A DNA stretch of 64,000 nt. Source: an uncultured Planctomycetaceae bacterium (GTDB lineage: Bacteria; Planctomycetota; Planctomycetia; Isosphaerales; Isosphaeraceae). A program made the position numbers and the translations under genes. The notes beneath the pieces were generated by a model. That model worked only from the letters and a program-made list of their open reading frames with translations, did no database searches and had not been told where the DNA came from. The stretch spans positions 4,576,001-4,640,000 of the forward strand of contig CAWIAD010000002.1 in NCBI GenBank assembly GCA_963833985.1, read 5' to 3'. Below are positions 42,549 through 52,519 of the stretch, piece by piece; positions within the stretch are counted from its first letter, which is position 1, and every line of letters starts with the position of its first letter.

Positions 42549-43397
42549 ATGAAACCCATGATCTCCGTTCTCGCCGGTTGCCTCGCGGTCGCAATGCTTG
42601 CCGGCCAGGCCCGCGCCGGCGATGAGCCCCGCTCGAAGCCGGCACGCATGGTCCTGGTGGAGCTCTTCACGTCGCAGGGCTGTGACATGTGCCCGGAGGC
42701 GGAGCGGCTTCTGGGCGCGCTCGCGTTACAGAACCGTAACGTGGTCCCCCTCGCGCTGCATGTCGATTACTTCAACGATCCCTGGAAGGACCCCTTTTCC
42801 GACAAGCTGCACAGCCAGCGCCAGGCGTCGTACAATGAGATTTACCGCGGGCCCAAGAACGCCCAGTATGGCCTGTACTACACGCCCATGGTCATGGTGG
42901 ACGGGACCCTGCCGGTGAACGGCCGCGATGCCAGGGGCATCCAGAATGCCGTCAAGCAGGCCGCCAGGCGCTCGCCCCAGGTGAGCTTGGCGGCAACGCT
43001 GGGCCCCGGCGCGGAAGACCGCAAGCGTGATCTGCGGCTGCGGGTCTCCGCGTTGACGCCCGAGCTGAGCGGACGTGAGGTCCTGGTCTGCGCGGTGCTG
43101 CGCGACGACCTGGTCGTGACCCAGGTTCCCTCCGGCGAGAATGCGGGCAAGGCCTTGACGGCACGATTCCCCGCGCGTTCCACTCAGTTTGAACTGGTCC
43201 GGCTGGACGGGAAGAAAGAAAGCCGCTTGCACTTCCCGTTTCAGCTCCAGCCCGCGTGGAACGCCAAGAATCTCGGTATCGTGGTATTCGTGCAGGATCG
43301 CGAGGCGGGGACCGTCTACCAATCGGCCCTTGTTTCCTGGGTGGAACCAGAGGGCGTCCGTGCCGGTGGTCGCGAGACAGGCGCTCACCGGCAATGA
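42549..43397 (+). CDS. DUF1223 family secreted thioredoxin-fold protein
   Basis: Signal peptide; VELFTSQGCDMCPEA, LALHVDYF, WKDPFS, YTPMVMVDG, GENAG. Confidence 0.85.
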   Translation: MKPMISVLAGCLAVAMLAGQARAGDEPRSKPARMVLVELFTSQGCDMCPEAERLLGALALQNRNVVPLALHVDYFNDPWKDPFSDKLHSQRQASYNEIYRGPKNAQYGLYYTPMVMVDGTLPVNGRDARGIQNAVKQAARRSPQVSLAATLGPGAEDRKRDLRLRVSALTPELSGREVLVCAVLRDDLVVTQVPSGENAGKALTARFPARSTQFELVRLDGKKESRLHFPFQLQPAWNAKNLGIVVFVQDREAGTVYQSALVSWVEPEGVRAGGRETGAHRQ

Positions 43398-43450
43398 GGA
43401 ATTTCCAGCCCCGCCGGGACGGCTGGCCGCGGTGACCGAGGGCATCAGCG

Positions 43451-45818
43451 ATGGGTTCAGAGTCCACCTCCAGGAACGACCCCGAACCGGTGGACGACCT
43501 TCCGCGCTCCGGCTCGCCGCAGCCGGCCAGGGCGCCCGAGCAAACCTACTGCGATGCCACGATCGAGTTCCGGCCCGGAGAGGTGGGCAACGCCGAGGGG
43601 CCGCTCTCAGGCAGGACGCTCTCGCTTGCCGAGTATCCGTTTCTGGAACCTCCCCGCGGTGGCGACGAGCTGGGCTGGCTGGCGCACTACCGCGTGCTCA
43701 GACCGCTCGGCTCAGGGGGCATGGGGCTCGTGTTCCTGGCCGAGGACACGCACCTGCTTCGACCCGTGGCCCTCAAGGTGATTCGCCCCGAGCTGGCGGG
43801 CAACCCCGAGGCAGCGCCCCGCTTCCTCCGCGAGGCGCGCACCGCGGCCGCCATCAAGCACGACAACGTCGTGACCATCTACCACGTGGGCGAGGCGCGC
43901 GGCGTGTCCTACCTGGCCATGGAGTATCTCCAGGGCATTTCCCTGGCAGCCTGGCTCGATCGCGGCCGGCAGCCGTCCATCGAGCTCCGCCTGCGCATGG
44001 GCCGGGAAGTGGCCTCGGGGCTGGCGGCCGCGCACCGGCTCGGCCTGGTGCACCGCGACATCAAGCCCGCGAACATCTGGCTGGAGGCCCCCAGCGGGCG
44101 GGCCAAGATCCTCGACTTCGGCCAGGCCAGGGCCGAGAGCGAGGACACGCAGATCACCCGCTCCGGCGCGATCATGGGTACGCCGGCGTTCATGTCCCCC
44201 GAGCAAGCCGAGGGCAATCCGGTCACGTTCGCGACCGACCTGTTCAGCCTGGGAGGCGTCCTCTACCGGCTCTGCTGCGGCCGCCTCCCCTTCGAGGGGA
44301 AGACCATCCTTTCGGTGCTGAACGCCCTGGCCACCCAGACGCCCACCCCTCCGCTGGCGTTCCGGCCCGAGACGCCCGAGCGCTTCAGCGCACTGGTGAT
44401 GCGGCTCCTGGCGAAGAGCCCGCAGGCCCGTCCACCCTCGGCCCAGGCCATCGTCGATGAGATCCGCGCCATCGAACGACAGCTTGCCGCCTCGAGGCAG
44501 CGGACGAGCATCACAACCGATACCGAAACGGGCAGCAAACCCGTGGAGACCATGCAGGTCAAGCCGGTGGATGCCGCGAGCCTCAGAGCCCTGGTACACG
44601 CGCGGCTTGCCGACCGCCGGCCCAGCCGCTGGCTCATGCTCTCTGCCGTGGTGCTCATTGTGGGAGTGCTGACTTCGGCGGCCTGGCTCAGCCACGGCGG
44701 ACCGGGGCTGCATCGCGGGCCGGAGCGCGGCTCCCCACTGGCGGGACGCGGATTCCGCAGGCCTCCCGCTCCCGAAGACTTCGTCAAGGACCCGCCGCCC
44801 GACGAGCCGCCGCCACCTCCCCGGCCACCCGGTGAGTTCGGACCGCGGTGGTCCGGCGCGCCCCGCCGAGCCCTCGACCCCGAACCGCCAGATGCGAAAG
44901 CTCACGACCTGGATCAGGACATGAAGCGCCTGGAGGCGGCTGGCGTGGTGCTGAGGCCGCCGGACGCGAAGCAGGAAGCGCAACGCTCGGAGGCGGCCGC
45001 AGCGAAGATACCCGCCTCCGACCCGGGCGCCATGGCTGCGCCCAACGCACCAGGGCTGGCTCTCGCACCGGCCGGTCCCGCGGGGCCGGGCGCGTCAGGT
45101 CCGACAGCCGCATCAGGTCCGCCAGCCACATCAGGTCCGCGAGCCGCGTCAGGCGGGTCCGCAAGGCCGGCCACTGCCGGCCCGGCGGCAGAGACGAGGG
45201 CGGCATCCTGGGGCAAATTCATCGATCTCGACGGCGATTGCTCGTTCACGCTCGATGAGGCCGATCAGACCGCGACGATGCAGGTGCCGGGAAGGCCGCA
45301 CGCCCTCAGCGCAGAGCTCGGCCGCCTCAACGCCCCGCGCATCTTGCAGCCGGTGAGCGGCGATTTCGAGGCCTTTGTTCGCGTGCTGGGTACCGAGCAA
45401 GTCGCGGGTCGAGCGACCATGACCGAGTATCCGCCCTACCACGGGGCGGGGATCCTCCTCTGGCAGGATGCCGGCAACTACGTCCGGCTGGAGATCGCCA
45501 CCGACCTCCAGCGCGGCAAACCTCGCCACTACGTCAACTTCGAGTATCGCCAGGGATATCGGCTTGCATCCTCCCAGGGTCAGGTGGCGCCGACCGGCTC
45601 GGCCTACCTTCGGTTCGCGCAAGAAGAACGCGGTCGCGGCCTCGTTCAGCCCCGACGGCGCCCGGTGGATATCCTTTCCCGCATTGACCGTGAATCTTGA
45701 CCCCGACAGCCAGGTTGGAGTGGTCGCAATCAACACGTCCAGCAAGCCTCTGACCGCGCGCATCGAGGGTTTTCGCGTCGCGGCGGCCAGGCCAGAGCGC
45801 AAGGAGGATCACCCCTGA
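43451..45818 (+). CDS. Membrane Ser/Thr protein kinase with C-terminal beta-sandwich (DUF1349/ConA-like) domain; apparent frameshift near 45620
   Basis: LGSGGMG, VALK, HRDIKPANI, DFG, GTPAFMSPEQ and TDLFSLG; TM WLMLSAVVLIVGVL. The C-terminus continues in ORF 45468..45818 (SFSPDGARW...VGVVAIN). Confidence 0.85.
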
Positions 45819-45854
45819 AAGACGGCGCGCCGGCGTCCCTGCCCGGCCGTCGGC

Positions 45855-46927
45855 TTACCGGCTGATCCCGGCCCACTCGTGGACGTGATCCACAAGACTT
45901 GTCACGGCGTTGGTGGCCATGGTGATGGGACACCAGGGCGGAGGGCCGTCCGCGAAGCAGTCCTGAGAACTGCCGGGACTGTCCGACTGGGTCGTGTCAA
46001 CGGGCGTGGGAGTTGACACCGAGGCCAGCGCCGTGGGGCGCTCCTGGTGGCTCGCCGGCGCGGCCGGCCGGTGCGCCGCCACGATAGCGCCGCCGGATAC
46101 CGCGCCGACGAGTAGCACCGCGGCCGCTGTTCTGAGCCTGCGCAAAAGCATGGTTTTCAAAACTCCTTGGGTCAGGGTGAGTATTGAACGGGAAACGATC
46201 TGGGACGCGGAAAACCGCAGCGCTGTCTGGAGCGTGCTGTCGATCAGCCCGCGGTCCGCGGGCAAGAGCGGGCCGCCGAGCATGGTACCCGCAAGCAGGG
46301 CCGGCACTCCGAGCACTCCGCGGCGCTCCAGCCGGGTCCGGAGTAACTGCCGGGCGCGGGAGAGCCGCCCGCTGAGCGTACCGACCGGCCAGTCCAGCAG
46401 CCGAGCGGCCTGCTCGTGGGTCTTGCCTTGCAGGTGGCAGAGCACGATGGGCGCCCGGTAGCGGTGCGGTAGCTGATCGAGCTCCTCGTGCACCAGCGGC
46501 CAGACCTCGTGCGGCTCCTCGCCGGTTTTCTCCTGCGGCTGCACGGCCAATGCAAGTTGCAGGTCCATACCCGTGTGATGCCGCGCGGCGACACTTCGGC
46601 GCGCTGGGCCGTGCGGTAGGCCACGCTGCAAAGCCACGGACCGAGCGATTCCTCGCAGTGCAGTGCGTGTGCTCTCCGCAGCAGCACCAGGAACGTCGCC
46701 TGGAACGCATCGTCCACGTCGTGCGAGTGGCGCAGGACCTGGCGGCAGACGGCCAGCACCATCGGACCATGTCTCACGATGAGCTCGCGGAAGGCGAGTT
46801 CCCCGGTGACATCGCGAGCCCGGACAAACCGGTCCAGTAGCTGAGCGTCGCTCAGCCCGGCCATCGTGCCGGACGTCCAGAGCGTCTCGATCTCCCCGAT
46901 TCTCCGCGCTGGATGACGCCCCATCAT
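45855..46927 (-). CDS. ECF sigma-70 factor, planctomycete type with C-terminal TM extension; apparent frameshift near 46590
   Basis: SDAQLLDRF, AFRELIVRHGPMVLAVC and DDAFQATFLVL (region 2); LPHRYRAPIVLC...VGTLSGRLSRAR (region 4); TM AAAVLLVGAVSGG. Confidence 0.85.
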
Positions 46928-47164
46928 GATTGTCCTGCCCCGCCCTCTGCACCGTCTGCTTCCACCATGTAATGCAGCGAGCCGCCCGATTCATACAAAA
47001 TTCTGGAAAAACGGCGGTCCCTGTGGTCATCTATCAGGACTTTTCGCGGGTCGTCACCTGGTCCGGATGATGCCGACTACCCGCAGAGAGCATGTGGCTT
47101 GTAGAATCCAGCGCGGCTCGACCGGAAAGCGCCAGCTCAGAGGGTTAAGGACGGAACTTTCGGA

Positions 47165-47595
47165 ATGCCCATGATTTACCGCCCGATGAAACGGGCAGAA
47201 GACGGCCTACCCATCGTTGGGTCGAACTCGAAGGAACTGGGGGTCCGCGTGCCGCCCAACCCCAACGCCGACGTCGATCTCGACGGCAATGACCACGTCA
47301 TCACCAACGGAAAGGGCATGTCAGTGGCCGAGCACTGGAGATATTTGCTCGGCCACCTGGTCCCCAAACGGCTCGTGCCGATCTTCCCGGGTGCGACCGG
47401 CTCCAACGGCCTCACAGCTACAAGCTCGGTTCAGGACCCTTCGCCGCGGCCCCTTTGAACGACGATCTGGTAGTGGTATTGAAGATTCATGATCATCACG
47501 CCGGGATCGTCGCTCCATCCCAATCGGGTCCCATCCAGCAATTCCAGACCGCCCTGGCCGCAACGAGAACGCAGTGGCAGCCAGACGAGACGTGA
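47165..47595 (+). CDS. Small hypothetical protein, possibly Tse2-like ADP-ribosyltransferase fold; apparent frameshift near 47418
   Basis: IYRPMK...LGVR...D...GMSV. A shifted frame continues YKLGSGPF...HHAGIVAP...FQTALAATRTQWQPDET* and ends immediately before the next ORF. Confidence 0.55.
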
Positions 47596-47598
47596 GTG

Positions 47599-48852
47599 AT
47601 GAACCAGAGGACCTTTTTCGACAACCCCGATTTCCTTCAGTATGTGCGGCTCTTGTCCGAGCTTCACCAGCTCATCCGAGAAGGGACGGATGAGACGCCC
47701 GCGGGAGAGGCTCTGCGCGATCGCATGGACGACCCGGGGAGCCGACTCTCGGCGGATGAGATCGTGACCGTGAATGCGATCTCAGCCGACCTCTACTCGC
47801 TCACTGCCTCGCTAGCCGGGTCAGACTTGTCCCGAACCGATGAAGCCGAAGCGGATCTCAGGTCCGCCCTGGACGCCAGAGACCGAAGGGATTTCAAACG
47901 AGCGTTGGAGCTGCTGCGCAAGCGCGCCGCGTCCATCAATCCAGAGGTGCTCTCCTATGTGAGGGGTTCGATCTGGGGAGAGGCAGGAGAGGATCAAATC
48001 GCGGTCACGTTCTTCAGACGTGCCGCTCAGTTAGACCCACGTAATGCAAATTACTCGTACATGGTATTGCATTACCTCTCCCAGGCCGACGCCGAGGGTG
48101 CAAGGGACGAGGCGCGACCGATACTGGCCGACCCCGAGTCTCACTCCACTCGACTCGTGCTCAAGGCCGCTGAGATCATCCTCCAATCAACCCGGGAGCA
48201 GCCGGATCACGAGTCTCGTCCGGTCCTCGAGATGCTGATTCCGATTTTCGAACAGATCATCGTCCGGCTGGAGACGTCGGGTGAGGGTAGCAGCCAGCCC
48301 TCGCTGCTCGCGATGGCTTTCACGCTCACAGGATCCTGTCAGGAGCACCTGGGTCGCACTGACCTGGCGCGTCGCGACTACGACCGCGGCTTATCGTTGT
48401 TCCCGACCAACGATGCTCTCCTCGTGGCCCGCGGGATCCTGCTCTACGGGCGCGAAACGGACAGGTCAGTTCGGGACTTCGAAAACGCGGTTCAGCGTAG
48501 CTCTCCGCTCGTGTGGCCCTATTTCTACCTGGCCCATCATGCTCTGTTGAACGACCGGTTCGGCGTTTGCCTCGATCTCTGTAATCGAGGTCTCCCATTG
48601 CCTGCTTCAAACGAGGTACAAGCAGACCTTTTGGAATGGATGGCGATCAGTCAGGCATCTCTGGGCTACCCGGCCCAGGCGGTCGAGTCCGTATTCCTGG
48701 CTGCTTGCGGATTGGCCCCGGACAACAAGCGGATTGCGAGCAATTACCTGGCATTCCGTGAGAGTCTCAGGCCGATGGACATCGTATGGGAGAAAGGCTC
48801 CGAGCAAGAAGTCCGGACCCTCGGGGAGCGGCGGCTGCGCCCGGCAGCCTGA
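47599..48852 (+). CDS. Tetratricopeptide repeat protein
   Basis: TPR-like helices (YVRGSIW...AVTFFRRAAQLDP; TGSCQEHLGRTDLARRDYDRGLSLFP; WPYFYLA). Confidence 0.8.
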   Translation: MNQRTFFDNPDFLQYVRLLSELHQLIREGTDETPAGEALRDRMDDPGSRLSADEIVTVNAISADLYSLTASLAGSDLSRTDEAEADLRSALDARDRRDFKRALELLRKRAASINPEVLSYVRGSIWGEAGEDQIAVTFFRRAAQLDPRNANYSYMVLHYLSQADAEGARDEARPILADPESHSTRLVLKAAEIILQSTREQPDHESRPVLEMLIPIFEQIIVRLETSGEGSSQPSLLAMAFTLTGSCQEHLGRTDLARRDYDRGLSLFPTNDALLVARGILLYGRETDRSVRDFENAVQRSSPLVWPYFYLAHHALLNDRFGVCLDLCNRGLPLPASNEVQADLLEWMAISQASLGYPAQAVESVFLAACGLAPDNKRIASNYLAFRESLRPMDIVWEKGSEQEVRTLGERRLRPAA

Positions 48853-49039
48853 AGGCGGTCTCCGGCATAGGCTGAGGTTGGCACCCCATTCTTGCGAGCA
48901 CTCGATAACGGCGCTGGATGACGCCCCATCAGTATCGTCCTGCCCCGCTCCCCTGCACCGTCTGCCTTTTCGTGGAGCGACTCGCCCTGGCGTGCCGTCC
49001 AGGGGGGCCAGCCAGCTTGCCTGCCAGCCAGATCCGCGC

Positions 49040-50418
49040 TCAATTCGTCCATCCCTTGCGGTACTGGCGGCGGACGTAGGTGTTGGCTTCCGGGTCGTTG
49101 GTCACCTGCATCTTCGCCCCGTCCCAGAGCAGGAGACGGTTCGGGTAGCGGACGGCCAGGTTGCCCATGAGCACGGTCTCGGAGAGTGGCCCGGAATAAT
49201 CAAAGTTCGAGCTGGCCGGCTCGCCCCCCTTGCAGGCGCGGACCCAGTCGCGCTCATGCCCGCCGTCGCCGCCGGCGATGCGGGGGATCGTCCGCGCTGG
49301 CTTCTGAAATTCCTGCATGCGCGTGGCGGGCAGCAGTTGCGGGTTCCGGCCGTAGCAGCCGCACATGGCCACGCCCCGGGTGCCCAGGAAGAGCACGCCA
49401 CCGTCGCTGTCGCCCATCTGCCGGCCGGGCTCCAGCTCGTCGGGCCGGGGCGGCATCATGCCGCCGTCCCACCAGGTCAGGCGAACCTCGGGCATGCCTT
49501 CGTCGCCGGGAACCTGTAACGCACGATCGTCGAGCGCGGGTAGGTCTCGTTGCGCGGTTTGGTCTCCTTCCAGAGGTCGTGCCAGTAGGTGGAGATGCAG
49601 CCCTCAACGCTCACCGGGTACTTCAGCTTGAGTGCCCAGAAGGGGGCGTCCAGGATGTGGCAGCCCAGGTCGCCAAGCGAGCCGGTGCCGAAGTCCCACC
49701 AGGCGCGCCAGTTCCCCGGATGGTACGCGGGATGGTAGGGCCGGTAGGTCGCGGGGCCGATCCAGCGGTCCCAGTCCAGGCTGGCGGGCACGGCGGGCGT
49801 TTCGCGTGGCCGTTCCACTTCGATCCCCTGCGGCCAGACCGGGCGGTTGGTCCAGGCGTGGACCTCGCGGACATCGCCGATGGCGCCGGCCCAGATCCAC
49901 TCGCAGAGGTCGCGGACGCCATCGCCGGAGTGGCCCTGGTTGCCCATCTGGGTGACCACGCGGTGCTTGCGGGCGGCCTCGGTCATGGCCCGCGCCTCGG
50001 CCACCGAGTGGGCCAGCGGCTTCTGCACGTACACGTGCTTGCCGCGCTCCATCGCTGCCAGTGCGATCACCGCGTGGGAATGGTCGGGCGTGGCCACGAT
50101 CACCGCGTCGATGTCCTTCTGCTGGTCGAGCATGACCCGGAAATCAGTGTACCGCCTGGCCGATGAATGCTTGTTGAAGGTGTTCGCGGCGTAGTTCGAA
50201 TCGACGTCGCAGAGGGCGACGATGTTCTCGCCGGCGGCCGCGCAGGCGGAAAGGTTGCTGGCGCCCATACCGCCCACGCCGACGCCCGCGATGTTCAGCC
50301 GATCGCCGGGCGCCTTGCGTCCCTCACGCCCCAGCACACTCGCGGGAACGACCGTGAACGCGGCCGCGGCCGCACCGGCCGCTTGCCGGGCGAAGCCCCT
50401 GCGGGTGGAACCGGACAT
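49040..50418 (-). CDS. Tat-exported Gfo/Idh/MocA family oxidoreductase; apparent frameshift near 49505
   Basis: TRRGF, GVGGMG, ATPDHSH, YVQKPL, QMGNQG, GSLGDLGCH. C-terminal half in 49040..49495 (WWDGG...YRKGW). Confidence 0.9.
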
Positions 50419-50719
50419 CGGGTCGTCTCGAGTCTCTCCTGGCGGCCTCATGAACGTGCTCCTGCTGCGCGATCGCGGTGGAGGCAAGGTCTCAATACCA
50501 CGGCAAGACCGCACCCATCACCGACGTGCGGACCCTTCGGTCCATCGTGAACCCCCAGGCGGAGAGAAGCAAGGTGCAACCCAGCCGCTGACCATTCGGC
50601 TCGCACGTCGGGCCTCCCCTGGCGGAAACCGCGTGCTGGCCGTTCGTTCCCGCGTTCGGTTGCTTTTCACTTCGCCAGATTGGTCGGAGACGGCATGTTG
50701 TCCGTCAGCCTCCTCCAGG

Positions 50720-51004
50720 CTAGCTCGTCAAGGACTCTCGAAAACAATCAGCTCCGCCCGGCCGAGAATGAAATTGAAGGCGTTGAGGGCCATACAGGAC
50801 GATCGAATCGTGCCGCTCGGCCGTGAAAATCCTGACGAAGACGTCATGGACGATATCCTCAGCGTCCTGAATGCTCCCCAGCCGGCGAAACGCGAAACGG
50901 ACGAGCCGATCCGTATAGCCATCGACCATCTCGGCGAACCCGGACGGAGCGTGCGGACCGAAACATGGCGGGTTCTCAGCGGCCGGGAGATGATCACTCC
51001 TCAT
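50720..51004 (-). pseudogene. Truncated ECF sigma factor (region 2 fragment only)
   Basis: FAEMVDGYTDRLVRFAFRRLGSIQDAEDIVHDVFVRIF is sigma region 2; no recognisable region 4 follows. Confidence 0.6.
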
Positions 51005-51180
51005 GAGCCGTCACTCCTCGCTGCGCGTGCCGTCGAGGTGGAATCGATTTGGGCCATTGACGTCTCCCTCTCTGCCTTGACGTCAACGACCGTCGTTTTC
51101 GTCTAAGCAGTTCCGCAAAAGTCTCAGGACAGGATTGCAGTTCGCTTGCCCGAGGCTGAGGGCCAGGTCTGGTCGCTCTC

Positions 51181-51277
51181 CTCGTGGGGTACGATTCCAA
51201 TCGTGCCCTCCCATTCTCGTGGGGTACGATTCCAATCGTGCCCTCCCATTCTCGTGGGGTACGATTCCAATCGTGCC
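51181..51277. repeat. 35-bp tandem repeat (about 2.8 copies) with internal hairpin, REP-like
   Basis: ctcgtggggtacgattccaatcgtgccctcccatt at 51181 and 51216, partial copy at 51251; internal inverted repeat ggtacgatt/aatcgtgcc. Confidence 0.9.
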
Positions 51278-51459
51278 ATTTCTGGTCCATCAGATCGAAG
51301 AAGTGACACGATGTAGAGTCGAGGTGTGGCGCGGTGGGCTCGAGTCGATGGCTCGGCTGGGCCTCGTTTCCACACCCCGCTCATCAAACTGGACGGGCGT
51401 TTTTCCCGCATCCAGCTTTCGGACAAGGCTCGTCTCATCGGTTGAATTCAGACGTTCGC

Positions 51460-51771
51460 TCACGAAACCGACGCGGCTCGGTTCGTTGCTGGGTCGTAGT
51501 TCCGGCCGAGGGTATAACCCAGAAAGTCGAACGTCTCCTCAGGCAGGTGGCACAGCCGCGTCCTGGTCTCGTTCACCGTTCATTTCAGCCTGGACATCAT
51601 CTTCCGCATCACCGTCATGGCCTCTTCGGCCGTGCCGCGACAGCAGATGACGAAGTCGTCCGCATAGTTGACGATTCGCGCGACCAGACGCCGCTCATTT
51701 CCACCAGTCTTCCATCCCTTCACAAATCGCCGCATGTAGATATTGGACAACAATGGTGAGATCGCGCCCCC
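51460..51771 (-). pseudogene. Group II intron reverse transcriptase fragment (RT4-RT7)
   Basis: GGAISPLLSNIYM...NYADDFVI...RLK*TVNETRT...FDFLGY, with an in-frame stop at 51580; N-terminal part and maturase domain are missing. Confidence 0.9.
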
Positions 51772-52115
51772 AACAATGTTGCGAATGACCTTGTTGGGGG
51801 CCCCCTTCAAAAGGGGAGGGGCTGACCCGGTACACGATACGGACCTCCTGCTCGTCGACCTCGACTTTCCTCACCAGGGCCCGGACGACCTCCCGTCGCG
51901 TGTTCCAGTCCAGCTCTTGCAATCCCTCCGAAACGCGGTTCGCGAACTCCTCCAACTGGCCGATCACCAGCCGGAGTTCCGTCTCCTGCGCGGCTTCGTC
52001 GATCCGCTGCCGACGCTCGTCCTCCAATTTGGCCAGGCGCACTCTCGCCGCCGAAATCCGCGGCTCGAATTCCGACTTGTCGAGCGACCGCTCCTTGTAC
52101 GCATCAGTCCATCTC
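51771..52115 (-). pseudogene. C-terminal fragment of a large serine recombinase
   Basis: DAYKERSLDKSEFEPRI, a coiled coil, then TRREVVRALVRKVEVDEQEVRIVYRV. This is the typical LSR coiled-coil/C-terminal pattern. Confidence 0.7.
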
Positions 52116-52519
52116 AGAATCATCTTTTTCGCATTGATTACCAATTTTCCGAGATGCCGTCGTCAATACCCCGGTGGCCCGCGGGGTTCTGATCGCTTGT
52201 GGACGGCCTATTCCAACCATTTCCCTTTCATCCCCAACGACGGCGGCTTCCCCCTATTCCAGCAAGGTCGGCGACCACACTGGACTTTTCGAGGCCTGCT
52301 CAGCGTCCACTCGCGTTACGGCCTGTCGGTTCGCTGCATCGTCAAGCGACACATCTGTCTCGAAGGCTCCGACGGTTTCGTCTCCTCCACCGCCGCTCCG
52401 ATAGCGACTGGCTGGAGCGACCCAGTTGCCGGGTGGGAGTTACACCCACTGAAGACCAACACCCTTCCACGGCGCACTCGGGCCTTGTCCCACGCGGCCG
52501 GACCCTGTGATGCAGACTT

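Larger units (their letters stand above)
51313..52477 (-). mobile_element. Degenerate, internally deleted group II intron
   Basis: 5' end GTGCGCC at 52477. Domain V (AGCTGGATGCGGGAAAAACGCCCGTCCAGTTT, about 51386-51419), domain VI and the terminal ACTCTAC end at 51313. An RT remnant lies inside. Confidence 0.85.

Noticed and set aside
51181..51277. CRISPR array
   Set aside because: The units are contiguous with identical 8-bp linkers, there are no unique spacers, and no cas genes are in the window.
51580..51582. Second selenocysteine codon (in-frame TGA in the RT remnant)
   Set aside because: It falls at a position that is normally Leu (LxVNxxKT), not Cys, inside an already truncated pseudogene.
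51460..51810. Retron, DGR or defence-associated reverse transcriptase
   Set aside because: The YADD RT fragment is embedded between a GUGCG 5' end and group II domains V/VI. No template/variable repeat pair or msr-msd was seen.
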